NCBI GenBank assembly: GCA_001724265.1
Contig: MEDY01000098.1
Coordinates: forward strand, 1 to 64,000
Length of the DNA stretch: 64,000 nucleotides
DNA from: Rhizaria sp. SCN 62-66
Lineage: Eukaryota
Direction: 5' to 3'
Shown: piece by piece, positions 1 to 13,100 of the stretch
How the letters are laid out: each line of letters opens with the position of its first letter
How positions within the stretch are numbered: position 1 is the first letter of the stretch
Made by a program: the position numbers and the translations under genes
The notes under the pieces: generated by a model
The model's input: only the letters and a program-made list of their open reading frames with translations
Told to the model about the DNA's origin: nothing
Databases searched by the model: none

Positions 1-95
1 GCCGCCCCCTCTCCAAGACCGTCTCCTTCAACCTCGTCAAGATCGAGAAGGCCGGCCCTTCCCAGGACTCCCTCAAGTCCTTCGCTGGCTTCTAA
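1..95 (+). CDS. RPS11: 40S ribosomal protein S11 (uS17), C-terminal fragment (gene starts before the window)
   Basis: Frame from position 3 reads RPLSKTVSFNLVKIEKAGPSQDSLKSFAGF then TAA (93-95), matching the conserved uS17 C-terminal CRPLSKTVRFNV motif. Not in the ORF track. Confidence 0.85.
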   Translation, partial: RPLSKTVSFNLVKIEKAGPSQDSLKSFAGF

Positions 96-205
96 ATTGC
101 CTCGATGATCAATTCCAATTGAGACCCAAATAAACACCAAATTTTCAACCACCTTCCCAGGTTAACAACAAAGCGCTTCTCTCCCTCGCTCATGTACCCA
201 CACAA

Positions 206-228
206 ACACACACACACACACACACACA
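206..228. repeat. (AC)n microsatellite
   Basis: About 11 consecutive AC units downstream of RPS11. Confidence 0.9.
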
Positions 229-631
229 TTGAAACAGAAGACTGATGATTAATAAATGATCTGAATTGTATTGATTTGGTTTCTCTTGAAGAAAGATAGA
301 AATAGATATGATTATGTTAGCCGCTGTCCATGTCTGTCGACATCAGGACTCCAACTTGCTTGCACGGCCCTGCTACGATAGGACAATTACAAACGTCACG
401 TCACATAAAAAGGTTAACCGGGAAGCGTCATAACAAAACAAACAAAAATGCATAAGCGCACATATCCCATACATACACAAGATTCAACATACAAGCACAG
501 CACACCTTCATTCGTGCCGTGCTGCTCATATGAAAAGTGCAAAAGTCTGCTTCACTTCAATCAGCAACGATCGCTCACATCAGATGCTCAGACACTGTTG
601 CTTGTTGGCAGCGCATTCCCTCTGTGCCACT

Positions 632-3600
632 TCACTTGGCAGGCTTGTTGGCGTCCTCACCGTCCGCCCCCGCCGTGGCCGTCGCGGCCGCAGCAGCGGG
701 GCCCGCAGACGTGGGCGCAGCAGCCGGACCGGTCGCAGCGGTCGCGGCGGCCGCGGTAGCAGCGGCGGCGTCAAGGGCCACGGCACTGGTGGTGGCCGAC
801 ACGGGGGCCGCGCCGCCCGCGCCCTCGGGCACCGGCGATTGGCGGAAACCGGGGTCGTCCTCGGGCGCGGTGCCCTTGGACGGGTGCTCCAGCGTCGCCA
901 GCTTCTGCTTCTGCATGTTGATGAAGTTGACGTACGCGTCGGACGAGAACGGACGCGGGCCGAGCAGCGCGACGAGCCCGTCGTGGTTGATGGTCTCGCG
1001 CTCCAGCAGCGCCTCGGCGAGGGCTTCGATCTGCGCGCGCTTGTCCGTGACGAGCTTGAGAGCGCGCTCGTACTGCTTATCGATGATCGCCTTGATCTCG
1101 CTGTCGATCACCTCGGAAGTCGCCTCGGAGACAGGCTTGTAGAACGAGTCATCCTTGCGCGGGAACGAGAAGTTGTGCAGCTTATCAGACATACCGTACA
1201 CAGACACCATACCGGCGGCGACACGGTGGGCCTGCTCCAGATCGTTCGAAGCGCCAGTGGAGATCTTGTCGAAGAAGATCTTCTCAGCAGCGCGGCCACC
1301 GAGCGTCATAGTGATGTTGTCAACCAGCTGCTCCGTCTGCATCAGAGTAAGCTCGTTGGGCAGGTACTGCGCGAAACCGAGCGCGCCGCCAGTGCGGGGC
1401 ACGATAGTCACCTTGAGCAGCGGCTCGGCGAACTCGAGGAACCAGCCAACGACGGCGTGGCCGGCCTCGTGGTACGCGACAAGCTTGCGCTCGCGGGCGT
1501 TCATGATGTGGTTGGGGCGTTCCATGCCGCCGATGACGCGATCAATCGCGCGCTCGAAATCGACCAAATCGACGGCGTTCTTGTTGGTGCGCGCGGCGAC
1601 GAGCGCGCCTTCGTTGCACACGTTGGCGATATCAGCGCCGACCATGCCGGGCGTGAGCGCAGACAAACGCACCGCAAGGTCGTGGATGTCGTGGTTGAGC
1701 GCGAGCTTGGCGAGGTGGACCTTAAAGATGTCCACGCGGCCCTTGATGTCGGGCGCGTCGACGGGGATGCGACGGTCGAAGCGGCCGGGGCGCAGAAGGG
1801 CCTTATCGAGGATGTCGACACGGTTGGTACCGGCGAGCACGATAACGTTCTCCGTGGTCTTGAAGCCGTCCATCTCGACCAGGAGCTGGATCAGCGTGGC
1901 GTCGCGCTCCTCGTTGCTCGACGACTTGCCGCCACGCTGGCGGCCGATGGCGTCAATTTCGTCGATGAAGATGATCGAGGGCGCGACTTTGCGGGCCTCC
2001 TTGAAGAGATCACGTACACGGCCGCCGCCGACACCGACAAACATGTCGGAGAAATCGGAGCCAGCGATGGAGAGGAACGGCACGCCGGCCTCACCGGCGA
2101 TAGCCTTGGCGAGGAGAGTCTTACCGGTACCGGGGGGGCCGACGAGGAGAGCGCCCTTGGGGATCTTGGCGCCGAGTTTGTGGTACTTAGCGGGGTTGCG
2201 GAGAAAATCAACAAACTCCATGATCTCAGCCTTGGCTTCTTCGACACCGGCGACGTCTGTGAAGCGTGTCTTAGCGTTCTTGGGCGTGAGGAGGTAGAAG
2301 GGCGCCTTGGTACGGGAACCCATGAGTCCCATGGGTCCGCCGCCGCCCTTAAGCATCGACGGCACGGACGAAAACATCCGGAACAGGAAATAAATCATCG
2401 CGACAGAGAAAAGCGTCGAGGTGAACTCGCCGATGTTGGCGTCGGGCATGTACGACACAGGGATCCAGTCGGCCACGGCGGCGCCGGCCTCCTGGCGCGC
2501 AAGCTCGAGGTTCATCTCGAGCACTTCGGCCGAGGGCGTGGTGAAGGAGTAGTCGGAGTGAGGCTGGCCGGGACCGCGCTGGAGATCGGCGACAACGCGG
2601 GAGCCGTAGACATGGATCTGCTTGACGAGGCCCGTATCGAGGAACTGCGACTTGAACTCAACCCACGAGTGGTTACGCATCGCCATGTTCCGCGCCAGAG
2701 TCACGAGCATCGACAACACAGACGCCGCGGCGACGCCGCCAATGGCGTACTTGGCCCAGACGGGCATCGGTGCGGGCGAAGTGTCGTCCTTATCGGCCTC
2801 CTCGCCGTTGAGCTTGGGGGCCTCGTCCTTGCCGGCGGCCGCGGATCCAGAACCGGACTTGCCAGCGGCGCCGGAGCTGGAACTGGAGCTGGAGGAAGAC
2901 TTGGCCTTGAAGTTGGCGCCAACGTCGTCGAGGATCTTCTTCCACTCCATGTCGGTCAAACTTGCGCCTGTCTTCTTGGCGGGAGAGGCAGAGGGAGACT
3001 TGTCCTGGTGATCGTCCTTCTTGTCCTTCTTATCAGCGACACCACCAGCAGGGGCAGCAGCGTCAGAGCCGGAGCCAGAGGCGGCGCCGGCACCAGCGGG
3101 GTGGTCACCGGCGGGGGTCGCGGGGGGCTTACTCTCACCGCCAGTGTGTGTGAGGATGAGAGCAGGGTTGTGCCAGATCGCAGTCAAAACGCGCTCATGG
3201 CGAAGGAAAAACTCTTTCGCAGCCTCGCCAGACCAGTCAACGCGGGCCGACAGCGCGCGGCGGAAGGCGGCGAGCACGCGCGCGCCGGCCGTGGCGGCGG
3301 CGGCGGCCTTCTGCTGGGCGCCGCCGAAGCGCGCGCGGTCGGCGGCGAGGAGGGACGCGAGGGCAGCGCGGGTGGAACGCACGGCGGCGTCGGCAGTCAG
3401 AACGGCCTGGTCGGCGGGAGTAGGCGCGTAGGCAAGGTGGCAGTGGCGGTCCGTTGTAGGCGCGGGCGCAGCCTCGGCCGCAGCCTCCGAGGAAGCGATA
3501 GCAGCCTCAGGAATGGCAGCAGCGACGGTCGTAGAGAAAACGCGCGTGGGGGCAGAGAGCTTGGCAACGCGGGGGGCAGCGGCAGCAGCAACGGAAGAGA

Positions 3601-3796
3601 CAGCAGAAATCGAGGCGAAGGCGCGGACGGGACCGTTGGAAACGGCGAACGACGCGGGGGCGGCAGCGGAAGCGGCAGCAGCAGCGGCGGTGGCGCGGGC
3701 AGCAGTGCGACGAGCAGCGGGAGCAGCGGCGGAGCGCGGCACCGAGGAAAAGAGAGACCGCAGGGCGCGGGACGTCCCTTGTCGCGCAGAATGCAT
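632..3796 (-). CDS. Mitochondrial m-AAA FtsH-family metalloprotease (AFG3/paraplegin-like)
   Basis: Walker A GPPGTGKT, Walker B IIFIDEID, SRH region TNRVDILDKALLRPGRFDR, HEAGH zinc motif and two TM segments. Likely ATG at 3796 (MHSARQGTSRALRSL, presequence-like). TGA stop; no intron needed. Confidence 0.93.
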   Translation of the reverse strand: MHSARQGTSRALRSLFSSVPRSAAAPAARRTAARATAAAAAASAAAPASFAVSNGPVRAFASISAVSSVAAAAAPRVAKLSAPTRVFSTTVAAAIPEAAIASSEAAAEAAPAPTTDRHCHLAYAPTPADQAVLTADAAVRSTRAALASLLAADRARFGGAQQKAAAAATAGARVLAAFRRALSARVDWSGEAAKEFFLRHERVLTAIWHNPALILTHTGGESKPPATPAGDHPAGAGAASGSGSDAAAPAGGVADKKDKKDDHQDKSPSASPAKKTGASLTDMEWKKILDDVGANFKAKSSSSSSSSSGAAGKSGSGSAAAGKDEAPKLNGEEADKDDTSPAPMPVWAKYAIGGVAAASVLSMLVTLARNMAMRNHSWVEFKSQFLDTGLVKQIHVYGSRVVADLQRGPGQPHSDYSFTTPSAEVLEMNLELARQEAGAAVADWIPVSYMPDANIGEFTSTLFSVAMIYFLFRMFSSVPSMLKGGGGPMGLMGSRTKAPFYLLTPKNAKTRFTDVAGVEEAKAEIMEFVDFLRNPAKYHKLGAKIPKGALLVGPPGTGKTLLAKAIAGEAGVPFLSIAGSDFSDMFVGVGGGRVRDLFKEARKVAPSIIFIDEIDAIGRQRGGKSSSNEERDATLIQLLVEMDGFKTTENVIVLAGTNRVDILDKALLRPGRFDRRIPVDAPDIKGRVDIFKVHLAKLALNHDIHDLAVRLSALTPGMVGADIANVCNEGALVAARTNKNAVDLVDFERAIDRVIGGMERPNHIMNARERKLVAYHEAGHAVVGWFLEFAEPLLKVTIVPRTGGALGFAQYLPNELTLMQTEQLVDNITMTLGGRAAEKIFFDKISTGASNDLEQAHRVAAGMVSVYGMSDKLHNFSFPRKDDSFYKPVSEATSEVIDSEIKAIIDKQYERALKLVTDKRAQIEALAEALLERETINHDGLVALLGPRPFSSDAYVNFINMQKQKLATLEHPSKGTAPEDDPGFRQSPVPEGAGGAAPVSATTSAVALDAAAATAAAATAATGPAAAPTSAGPAAAAATATAGADGEDANKPAK

Positions 3797-4433
3797 CGCG
3801 AGGCGGGCTGTGGGGACGGGGGCGGAAAGACGAGAAGGGCAAAGGGGAGAGAAAAGCAGTCCAGAAAGAAGAAAAAGAAGCATGAGACTTGAGAGCATTA
3901 GGGAAGTCACGTAACGCCAGATTTTTCATGAAAACAGGGCAAAATGCAGATCGGATGTGTAGCCTGGGGCAACAGAAAAACGCTCTCAGTGACATAGTGG
4001 TGGGATACTTCGAACAGACAAGATGGAGCGTGAAATCGCGCGGCAGATGTTGTTTTGACCACGTTCGCGAATCTGTTGAGTGGCAAGCCATGTGATAGAA
4101 TGCACGCGCCGACAGCGACTAGAGCGCATATAAACAAACAAAATATTGCACTCACGGCACAAAGAAGTCATAGACGCTAAACTAGAATTACTGACGCCGT
4201 GTCTGGAGCGCGGGAGCACGTGCTCGAATCCCCGCCGAATGGGAGGGCTGTCTCACTCACAGTCGACTCGGTAGGTCAGTCAGCCACGAGTCGGTCTCGG
4301 TGGAGTCCAGTCAGGCGAAGTTAAGCCGCTCTGGGGGTTGCCTCACAAGGAACCCCGTTTTTTGGCTGATTTGTCCCCTGTGACGGCAAGCAACACTTTG
4401 TTCGCTTTCCGACTTTAAGCTCACACTAAGAAC

Positions 4434-7400
4434 ATGTCAAAGGTACGTTTCCTTTTGTGAATAACGCTTTGCTGCCGCCGCGATGAATCCCTGCTTGTCA
4501 GCTGTCGACACCCACGAAGGCACTCTGCCAAGCATATCTCTGCCCCCCGCGGTCTCCGCTCTGGCTGGAAGCGCTCTGAGAGCGTCTTGTAGGCTTAGCG
4601 ATGCATATATCGTCGGGCTTGTGCGCCCTAATCCACTCCGAGCTCTGGCCAGACACCGCTTTATCCCGCTTTTTGTGCCTTGAAGGGTGATCTTCAAAGT
4701 GACTGCACCAGGTGCCCTCCGCCTACGTCGTCCTCGTCTGCCCAACGCTCGGTCTGCTTGTGACAGCTGTCTGTCCATGCTGGACACGCGCTGCTGCATC
4801 TGCCCTGCCTGCTGCCTTCATCTCCTGCAGCTATCCTGTTGCCGTGAGAGGCTCGTAGTGTCAGCCGTCAGCAAACCTTAACACAGCCCAAGCGCTCAAC
4901 GGCGAATCGTGGGCGTCAAACCACTGCTCTAAGCAAGCACTCTATGATGCGAATATCACTCTATATCATTGGCCTAGACTCACTCTAACTCAACTTGTCT
5001 CTTCTTTCCCAACGCTCCGCTCACAGGGTTCTGACGGTCGCTTTTTCTCGACCCAAAAGAAGGGCGAGGTGCACGAGCTGCGCAACGACCTTAACTCCGG
5101 CAACAAGGACAAGGTTAAGGATGCTGTCAAGAAGGTCATTGCTTCGATGACTGTCGGCAAGGACGTTTCCGCGCTCTTTACTGACGTCATCAAGTGCATG
5201 CAGACGGACAACATCGAGCTCAAGAAGCTTGTGTATCTCTACATCATCAACTACGCCCGCTCGCAGCCCGACAAGGCGATTCTCGTCGTCAACTCGTTCC
5301 AGAAGGACTCCGAGGACCGCAACAACCCTCTGATCCGTGCGTTGGCCATCCGCACCATGGGCTGCATCCGCGTCGACCGCATCACGCAGTTCCTCTGCGA
5401 CCCCCTGGCCGCGCGTCTCCGTGACCGTGACCCCTACGTCCGCAAGACGGCTGCCGTGTGCGTCGCCAAGCTCTACGACCTGAACCCCGAGCTCGTCGTC
5501 GACCAGGGTTTCCTCAACACGCTGCGCGACCTCATCTCCGACTCGAACCACACCGTCGTGGCCAACGCCGTTGCCGCGCTCGTCGAGATCAGCGAGGCGT
5601 CCAACAAGGACGTGTTCCAGATGAACGCCGACATGCTCGCCAAGCTGCTCTCTGCGCTCGACGCCTGCACCGAGTGGGGACAGGTCTCGATCCTCGACTG
5701 CCTCGCCAAGTACTCCCCCTCTGCGCAGGAGGCCGAGGACATTGTGGAGCGCGTGGCGCCGCGTCTCAAGCACGCCAACGCCGCCGTCGCCATGTCGGCC
5801 ATCAAGGTCATCACGCGGTACCTCGCCTTCATCAAGAACCCGCAGCTGGAGGAACTGCTGCTGCTCAACAAGCTGCCCCCGCCGCTCATCACGCTGCTGT
5901 CGGACCGCCGTCCCGAGATCCAGTACGTCGCGCTGCGTAACATCCGGCTTATTGTGCAGAAGTTCCCTCAGATCCTGTCCAACCACGTCAAGCACTTCTT
6001 CTGCAAGTACAACGACCCGCTGTACGTCAAAATGGAGAAGCTCGAGGTGATGATCTCCCTCGTCTCGGCCGACAACGCTGAGAAGGTGCTCGCCGAGTTC
6101 AAGGAGTACGCCAATGAGATCGACGTCGACTTCGTCCGCAAGGCTGTGCGCGCTATCGGCCGTTGCGCGATCAAGCTGCCCGAGGCCGCGGACCGCTGCG
6201 TGACGATCCTGCTCTCGCTGATCGAGAACAAGGTCAACTACGTCGTCCAGGAAGCCATGGTTGTCATCAAGAACATCTTCCGCCGCTACCCCAACGAGTA
6301 CGAGTCGATTATCTCGACTCTGTGCGAGTCGCTCGACACGCTCGACGAGCCCGAGGCCAAGGCCGCGATCATCTGGATCGTCGGCGAGTACGGTGACCGC
6401 ATCGACAACGCCGCTGACCTGCTCGGTGCATGGGTCGAGACCTTTGAGGAGGAGCCCCAGGCCGTGCAGCTCCAGCTGCTCACCGCCGTCGTCAAGCTTT
6501 TCCTCAAAGTTCCTGCCGCCGCCAAGGACCTCGTCACGCAGGTGCTCGAGCGCGCGACCAAGAACACTGATAACCCGGATCTTCGTGACCGTGGCTTTAT
6601 CTACTGGCGCATGTTGTCAGCGAATCCCACCACGACGCAGCAGGTTGTGCTGGCCACCAAGGAGCCTGTCACCGACGATTCCGAGCAGCTCGACCCCCAG
6701 GTACGCCTTTTCGCAAGTCACCAACACCTGAAAATGAACATGAAATGCACTTAACACCCTTGTCTATCAGTTCATAACAATAATATGTCTCTATTTTTGA
6801 AGTTTCTATCGCAATTGTCTCACATGATCATCGTCGCCATCATCATGTATCTCATTTTGTTTCTGCTTAGGTTCTCGACGCCCTTATGGCGTCGCTGTCT
6901 ACGCTGGCGTCTGTGTACCACAAGCTGCCCGAGACGTTTGTCAAGGACGCCAAGGGCTCCATCGAGCTCAAGCGCTCCGGTGCAGGCCAGGACGACGACG
7001 ACGAGGACGACGGTGGCATCGGCGAGGACGATGACGACTCCACCCCTCAGCAGCAGGCTCCTGCTCAGCAGCAGACGCAGGCTGCCGGTGCGGCCCCTCA
7101 GCAGGCTGCCGCGCCCGCCCCGGCCCCCGCCGCGACTGCCGGTGCCTTTGACCTCCTCGGTCTCGGCGCCCTTGAGCCCGCCGCTGTCGCTCCCGCCGCC
7201 CCCGCGGCCGCCGCGGCCGGTGGCGATGACATCTTCGCCCTCCTTGGCCTCGGCGGCGGCGCCCCCGCGGCGGCCCCCGCCGCCGCGGCCCCCGCTGCGT
7301 CTGCGGATCCGGTCGTGCTCTCGCCCAACGAGGGCTTCGGTCTCCAGATCCGCTGCCGCGCCGGCGTGTCCAACGGCAATCCCGCGCTTTTCCTCACGCT

Positions 7401-8010
7401 TGAGAACCGCGGCACGGCCGAGCTCTCTGCTTTCCCTGTCAAGTTCAACACCAACTACTTCGGCCTTGCGCCGGCGTCGCAGTTGCGCCTCTCGCTGCCC
7501 TCTGGCTCCACGGCGCAGGCGACGCTGGAGCTCACGGTCACGGGTGCCGCTCTCGACGCCAGCGCAAAGTCCCACGACGGGACGCTCCAGGTCGCGATGA
7601 AGCTGCCCGCCGGCATCGCGTACTTCCGCGTTGTCGTGCCCCCGGAGGCGCTGTTCGGCACCCAGGGCCTCATGTCCAAGGAGGACTGGCTCAAGGCGTG
7701 GCCCACCATCGCGACCGTGGCACCCGTCACCGCGTTCCGCTCCCCGCTCGTGTCCACCGCGGCGGCGGGCGGCGAGTCCGCGGCCGTGGCGCGCTTGCAG
7801 AGCGCGGGCGTCGCGCACCTGGCCACGCGCGACGTGCCGGCTACGGGCAAGCACATGTTCTTCGCCTCGCGCTGGCGCAATGTCGACGCGCTGATTGAGG
7901 TCGTGATTGCGCATGACGGCAGCGTGTCGGCCAAGGTCAAGGCGACGGATGCGGAGATTGCGCAGTTTGCTGCCACCGCGCTCAAGAACGTCCTCTCGTC
8001 CGCCAACTGA
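4434..8010 (+). CDS. AP-1/AP-2 adaptor complex beta subunit; exons 4434-4442, 5027-6700, 6871-8010 (~940 aa)
   Basis: Spliced N-terminus [21 protein letters not shown]; motifs [47 protein letters not shown]; hinge with DLLGL, then appendage domains. GT-AG introns keep the frame. TGA stop. Confidence 0.95.
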
Positions 8011-8688
8011 GTGAATCGACGCGGCGCGACTTATGATTGATCTAACATAACATCGACAGGGCAGGGACGGACACAGCCCTGCTGTCGACGTGTCGTACAC
8101 GTGAGTGGTAGTTATTTGTTCGGAAAGGGGTTGATTGGTTCTTTGTCTTTGCTTGTTGGATAGTGTTGTTGTTTTTATTTTGTTTTTGGTTGTTTATATG
8201 CTTTACAAATGAGTGCAACCGTACGTCAGGCTCATCTCAAAAGAAGAGCGAGTCCTGCTATGGATGTGATTATACCGATACGTTTAGTAAAATAATGCTC
8301 AACAAGGCACGTAATTTGCCCTCTGCTGAAATACTATATCAATAAAAATTAAATATTACCACTACACACTCGTCTACGTCCTCGTAAAACTTGTTTTATC
8401 TCATTTTTATCTCATTTACCACAAACTGGTTCCGAAAAACTGTGACTTTTTAGGAACCACGAAATGCGACACAGCGAACGAAGTTAGTCTTTTGGTACAA
8501 ATTGAGGAGGCTTTGGAGGTGTTGCTTGCTGCTTTTAGATGTGTAATTGGCGTATATTGTTATCAAGATGCTATTCTTTCTTTTTATACTACTTTCATTC
8601 TTCAAAAACGTCTTGTTCGCTCCCTGTGACTCACGCTGAATCGCTGTTCTCTCTCCCTCCGTCTTGCCCATCGTGTAGAGACCGCACG

Positions 8689-9180
8689 ATGTCTAACTTT
8701 CGCCCGGCCATCGCTCCCTCTTCGTGGAAGCTCCCCAACATGGACTTCGTGGTCAAGCGCAAGGGTCTGACTGGCTTTCAGTCGTTCGCCTTCGTTGGCG
8801 GCATCATGGCCTACGGCACGTGGAAGTTCATCACGGCCAACCGTCAGCACAACGAGGAGATTGTCGACCTGCAGAAGGAGCGTGTGTTCCGCCTTCACAT
8901 GATCCGCCAGATGTACCCTTCGCTCTTCCTTGGCCACGCCGCGTCGCAGGTCCGCGAGGACTCTGTGGTCGCTGACACGCGCGCGAGCCGCTTCCTGGAC
9001 GCTGTCGAGGCGGACCTCAACATGAAGCAGTACGACGTCATCATGGGCATGCGCACCGACGCTTGCGCCGAGGTCGCGCCCTACAAGATCACGTCCACGC
9101 CCGCCGAGGCCAAGGCTGCTGGCGCTGGCGCTATTGCCATCGAGGACGTGCTTAAGCGCATGGAGCAGCTCCGCAAGTAA
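8689..9180 (+). CDS. Probable complex I accessory subunit NDUFA13/GRIM-19 (B16.6)-like protein, 163 aa
   Basis: KRKGLTGFQSFAFVGGIMAYGTWKFITANRQ resembles the GRIM-19 pattern (RRGLSG-TM helix-YG-W-NR). Strongly biased codon usage starts at ATG 8689. TAA stop. Confidence 0.6.
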   Translation: MSNFRPAIAPSSWKLPNMDFVVKRKGLTGFQSFAFVGGIMAYGTWKFITANRQHNEEIVDLQKERVFRLHMIRQMYPSLFLGHAASQVREDSVVADTRASRFLDAVEADLNMKQYDVIMGMRTDACAEVAPYKITSTPAEAKAAGAGAIAIEDVLKRMEQLRK

Positions 9181-10112
9181 AGTGAATGCAGCAACACTCC
9201 TCAAGCCTCTGATCGAGTACTCTCTTTCCTTTTATCTCAGTGTGAGCTGCTGTAACACCATGCTCTTGTGTCACTCTCGTTGTCGTTGCGCCTGTTGCTC
9301 TGATCCCTCAGTGGCGAGCGAGACACAACCGTCGCGAACGTGCCAACGACACTGGTTACACCCGTAGTCACAGTGACCCACAACATTATTTACCCTCGAC
9401 AACGCGCCGCTCTATCTCGCACTCGAACACGCATGTTCTACGCTTTCCGCACGATATATCTGCGTGTCGTTGCGCAACCCAATGTGGTTGAGTCCAAGGC
9501 GGTGCGTTGTCGATGACACGCCCGCTTCAGCAATCACGACACAAACACCTATCCGAGCCGAGGCGGGCGCGCGGCGGCGGCGACTGGTGCTCACAGCGTT
9601 TCTGTGCCCAGTCCGCGCTTTGCGCGCCCAACAGCTTGCGTGCTGCAAGCACCTTCAGGTTCATTTTTTCGTTTTCAATGCTGTCTTGGTCTGTGTGCTG
9701 CTGTCGCGCTGTGTCCGAAATCCTAAATCAAAAACTTACAAACACAAATATCATCGCCACCATGCGGTCTTGAGAACTGCAGTGGTCGTTCACAAAAACA
9801 TTAGCAACAAAAAATACTTCTAATACAAAGCAAATATGTATTTTAACCTCGTATCATCTCCCGTATCTGGTCTTAAATGCCCATCGAGCCAATCGCTCTC
9901 AAATCGAGCTGGTGGTAGCGTCTTTCATGTCAGAATTTCGAACCGAGATGGTCAATGCACAACTTGCCTAGACATATCTCCGTCGTCAAAAGCGTGGTTT
10001 GTTTTTGCTTAAGTAAATAATCACCTTTTTGTGCTCTTTATTTAATTTGTATCTTGTTTCTCGCCGTATTTATAGCGTTAACTCTGACTTAAAGAATCCA
10101 TCGCGAGGAAGC

Positions 10113-13100
10113 ATGTTTCCGACCGTTGGTGAGGGCGCTTTCGCCACAACAACCTTCCAACCCGCACCTGTCTTCACCAAGCCTGACCACGATGCTCCTC
10201 CGCGCAAACCTACTGTGGGTATGGGCCCCATGACTCCCGGCTTTGCGTCCCCGGTCTCCGCCCGCTCCACAGCCGGCTTCCCCGTCGCGTCCCCCTCTGC
10301 TGCATCAACCGCGCCACTATACTCTGCAGCGCACGCACAGTCATTCACATCGCCCGCTGACTCACTGTCACGCTCTGCACGCGCGGTTCCGTCGGTGTTT
10401 GCATCCCCGGCAGAGTCGTTTGCGGCTTCCCCACGACCCTACGATCCCTCAGCGTACCTCATCTCACCCACTGCCAACTCCAACAGTCACGGCCATCACA
10501 GCCACAGTCACACTGACAGCGCGCTCACTGGGTTATCGGCTGTGACGAGGCCTGCCACGGCCAGCAAGGCGACGAGTGGTTTTGCGCCCCGCGTTGTGGC
10601 GGGCCCCGCGTCCTCGGCCTCAGCTGCTCCGAGGCCCCGCTCTCCAGCGCTTCCCCGCCGGCCCGCCACTGCCTCGTCCTCTTCCTCGGTATCCGCGTCT
10701 GTCTCGGCCGCTGCGGTGACAAGCTCTGCGAGCGCTGCACCCAAACAGACTCCCGCGTTAGTTGTCCGTGTGCGCACCGCTTCATCGGCCAAGGCAGCCC
10801 CCGTCGCAGCGCGGGTAACACCTGCTTCTGCAACTAAAAAGGCTGTGAACACCGTCGACAAGCCGACCGAAGCGACTGTGACGACGGCTGAGCTTGTGTT
10901 TGGCAACAAGGCCATTGCGGCGATGTCGTCGCCGCTGCGTTCGCGGACGCCGATGAGCGCGCGGTCCCCGTTGCGCGCTCGCGCAACTCCTGCGGTAGCT
11001 CCGACCAGCAACAGCGATAGAAATAGCTCCAACAATGGCAACAGCGCTGCTAACTCAGCCTCTGGTTTCCGTACCGTGATGTCACCCTCTATCAGCACTG
11101 CGAACGTGAACAATCACATTGCATATACTGCAGGCGACTCTGCTGTCAGCAGTAACGAGAATGTGCGGTCTGTGAACAGTATTGTGACGGTGGGCTCCGG
11201 AATGACTGTGAGCAGTGCTGCGAAGTTGACAGCGGCGCGCATGGCTGCCGCTCGGCTGCGGGCCTCAGTGGCACTTCGCAGCCAGCAGCAGCAGCATCAG
11301 CATCAGCAGCAACAGCAACCACAGCAACAGCATCTCGAAGCAACAGCTCTTGACTTTGCTGTTGATACTGCTGCCGACGTGAATACTCGCGTGACCACTG
11401 GTCCGCTGCCTGTTGTTCACACTGCTACCACGGTCACTCACACGTTTGCTAACATTGCTAACACCAGCTCGAGCTTCACCAGTGCAAACTCGCACACGCT
11501 TCATGCGTATGCCACTCACACCAAGTCGCCGAGGTCCGCTGCGAACGGCGCCGATCCGCGCGCTGTTGGTGCCAACGGCGGCGCGGGCGCAGCGTGGCTC
11601 AGCCCGCTGCACGCAGTGCAGGTTCAGAAGCGGCTCACATTTGACGCCGCCGACGACGAGACGCCCGCAGCCGTTGGTGCCGGCCCTATGCCCGCTGCCA
11701 CTGGACCTGTGCAGGCGACTGTGAGTGGTGTTGACGAAGATGACGAACTGGCGATGTTCTACCACAACGAAAGCGACATTAATAGCTTCAAGGGCAACAG
11801 TTACAACACGATGTCACCCGCTGAAACCCCTCGCGTTGCGCCTGTGCCTGTTGCAGCAGCATGCGTCACGGCACAGTCATCGCCTGCTTTCCAGCCGGCC
11901 GTCGCCTCGTCACTGTCCGCTGCAACTGTTCTGCCTGCACCTGTGACTACGGCAGTGGCGCCGCTGCCCCCGTGTGCGGTGCAGCAGTTCACCACCGCGA
12001 GCGCGACGCAGCCGGCCTGTGCGACAGCGACGACAACAGCGCGTCAGCCCGTGTCTCCGCGCACTTCAGAGGCTGTGGCCGCAGCGGCGCGCACACTCGA
12101 CCGCTCAACGATCGCGACGTTGGCTCTCGCACGGGTCGCGCTCGCTGAGGCGCTGACCCCGCGGAAGGCGCTGGCTCTCAGTTACAGCCAGGATTACAGT
12201 CGCGCGGCTGCGCAGGATGAAGACGGCACGGCGGCTGGAAACACGGCGGCGATTGCTGCAGTGGCTGTGAGTCAGCATGAACAAGAAATGGCGCAGTTCA
12301 TTCTTGACTTTTTTGGTCCTCTCGAGTCTGAGACGGACGAAGTAATTGCGCTTGCGCTGAGTGAAGACCAGTCCGTGCCGCGCAGTGCAAAAGTCGTAAC
12401 AGCGAGTGAAGTGGCGCCGCTTGCAACTGGTCCCGCTACAGATGATGACGATGACGACAGTGATGCAAATGATTTCGATCAGGCACAGTCACTTTCTGAG
12501 TCAGAGTCGCCTTTTGGGTTGTCGCTGTTGTCGGCGCTGCCCAACCTGCCTGCTCCCACCACAGAACCGTCTCCCACTGCGGCAACTGCTATGTCAGCGG
12601 CGGTCACTGCCGGTTCTCTCCCTGCAGTCGCGATCACGTTCACTGCGTCGATCCCCGTAGTCACAGGTCTTCAGCTGCCGTCCGCCGCCGCCGTCACCGC
12701 TTCCGCTTCTGCGGCGAGCGGCGCTGCCGACACTGGTCTGCGCGCGCCGAGCCCGCATGTCACGCGCACTGCGCAAGCCTTTGCGGACCTCGAGGGCGCT
12801 TGGCGCAGGCAGAAGGGCGCGGCCACTGCCATTGCTGCGGCGGCCGCGGCCTCGCCAGCGCCGCTAGGCGGTGGCAGCGCGGTAAAGTCGAGAGCGCGAG
12901 CTGCCGTCAGCGACATCAGTGGTGGTGGCAACGCTCTTATGCAAGCGCTGCCGCCGCTGTCACCGTCTGCCGTTGTTGCCGATGTCACCAATGGTCTGTC
13001 TACGACCGCTTCGAGTACTGTAATGGCTACCTCGTCAGCGACGACGGCAAAGACAGCGACTGCAACAGTTGCCACGAGTGACAAGCGCGCTAAGACAAAA

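Noticed and set aside
530-3892. 1,120 aa plus-strand ORF antisense to the m-AAA protease, and similar antisense ORFs over beta-adaptin, ClpB, RPL22 and NDUFV2
   Set aside because: Shadow ORFs expected from GC-rich codon usage that avoids TTA/CTA/TCA on the sense strand; no recognisable motifs.
4200-4365. CTCGAATCCC resembling a tRNA T-loop, and a hairpin followed by a T-run (about 4333-4363)
   Set aside because: I could not build a cloverleaf. No tRNA, including a CUA-anticodon one, is visible to me in this window, and a bacterial-type terminator is not meaningful here.
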